Source of the DNA: Candidatus Bathyarchaeota archaeon
Lineage (GTDB): Archaea > Thermoproteota > Bathyarchaeia > Bathyarchaeales > Bathycorpusculaceae
Direction: 5' to 3'
Length of the DNA stretch: 64,000 bases
Assembly: GCA_963815095.1 (NCBI GenBank)
Contig: CAWFFH010000006.1
Location: forward strand, 64,001 to 128,000
Shown here: piece by piece, positions 63,585-64,000 of the stretch
Layout: the number at the start of each line of letters is the position of its first letter
Numbering within the stretch: the first letter of the stretch is position 1
The notes under the pieces: generated by a model
Seen by the model: only the letters and a program-made list of their open reading frames with translations
The model's database searches: none
What the model was told of the DNA's origin: nothing
Translations under genes and position numbers: made by a program

Positions 63585-64000
63585 ATGTCGGAACATTCAG
63601 ATGGAAATACCAAACTGAAGGCACTCAAGATTTCAGCTGTTGCAATATTTAGTGTCGTATTGGTTGAGGTTACAGTTGGTTTCTTGGTTAACAGTTTAGC
63701 GATAATGAGTGACGGCTTACACGCGTTATTGGATGCTGTCTCGAGCCTCATGTTGTTTTTCGCTGTCCGCGCCTCACTCAAACCAGCTGATGAAGAACAC
63801 ACTTACGGTCACGAAAAGTTTGAGACTATAGGAGGATTAATCGGCGGCATAGTATTAATTGTAGTAGCATTCATAATTTTCTACGAAGCTGCATTACGCC
63901 TAATAAGCCCCCCGCAACTTGCTATAGGGATAGAGTATGCAGGTTTCATTGCCATAGGCTACGCACTCTTCATTGCTTCCCTTAGAGTAACTGTTTTCAA
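63585..64000 (+). CDS. Cation diffusion facilitator transporter (partial, runs off window end)
   Basis: MSEHSDG...SLAIMSDGLHALLD...KPADEEHTYGHEKFE. Confidence 0.9.
   Translation, partial: MSEHSDGNTKLKALKISAVAIFSVVLVEVTVGFLVNSLAIMSDGLHALLDAVSSLMLFFAVRASLKPADEEHTYGHEKFETIGGLIGGIVLIVVAFIIFYEAALRLISPPQLAIGIEYAGFIAIGYALFIASLRVTVF

Overview
Archaeal chromosome segment. Gene content (Trm1, four-subunit POR, TrmB, BRE/TATA promoters, many secreted beta-helix proteins with C-terminal TM anchors) is most consistent with Bathyarchaeia, though this is an inference. Housekeeping blocks are korAB, nrdR-nrdD-nrdG, porGDAB, trm1-proC-HAD, aspartokinase, dnaJ, acs-satP-P-type ATPase, asnS and three tRNAs (Ser-GCT, Asn-GTT, Ala-CGC). 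Two accessory islands sit at tRNA 3' ends: about 1.2-9.5 kb behind tRNA-Ser and about 22.1-34.9 kb behind tRNA-Asn. In both, single genes alternate with short conserved intergenic repeats. In island 1 these are degenerate tRNA 3'-end (att-like) copies. In island 2 they are a TTAGTCAA-N6-TT(G/T)ACNAA palindrome, a CGnTTGGrTGTAT box and orphan 'RHRKT' gene tails. This resembles gene-cassette arrays built by site-specific recombination, but no integrase is present in the window. Other notable items are tandem NrdR boxes on an archaeal TATA promoter, an AbiE-like pair with a tandem operator, and relics of restriction-modification and possibly viral genes. Several genes carry 1-2 nt indels that may be assembly errors. 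All calls were made by eye, without database searches.
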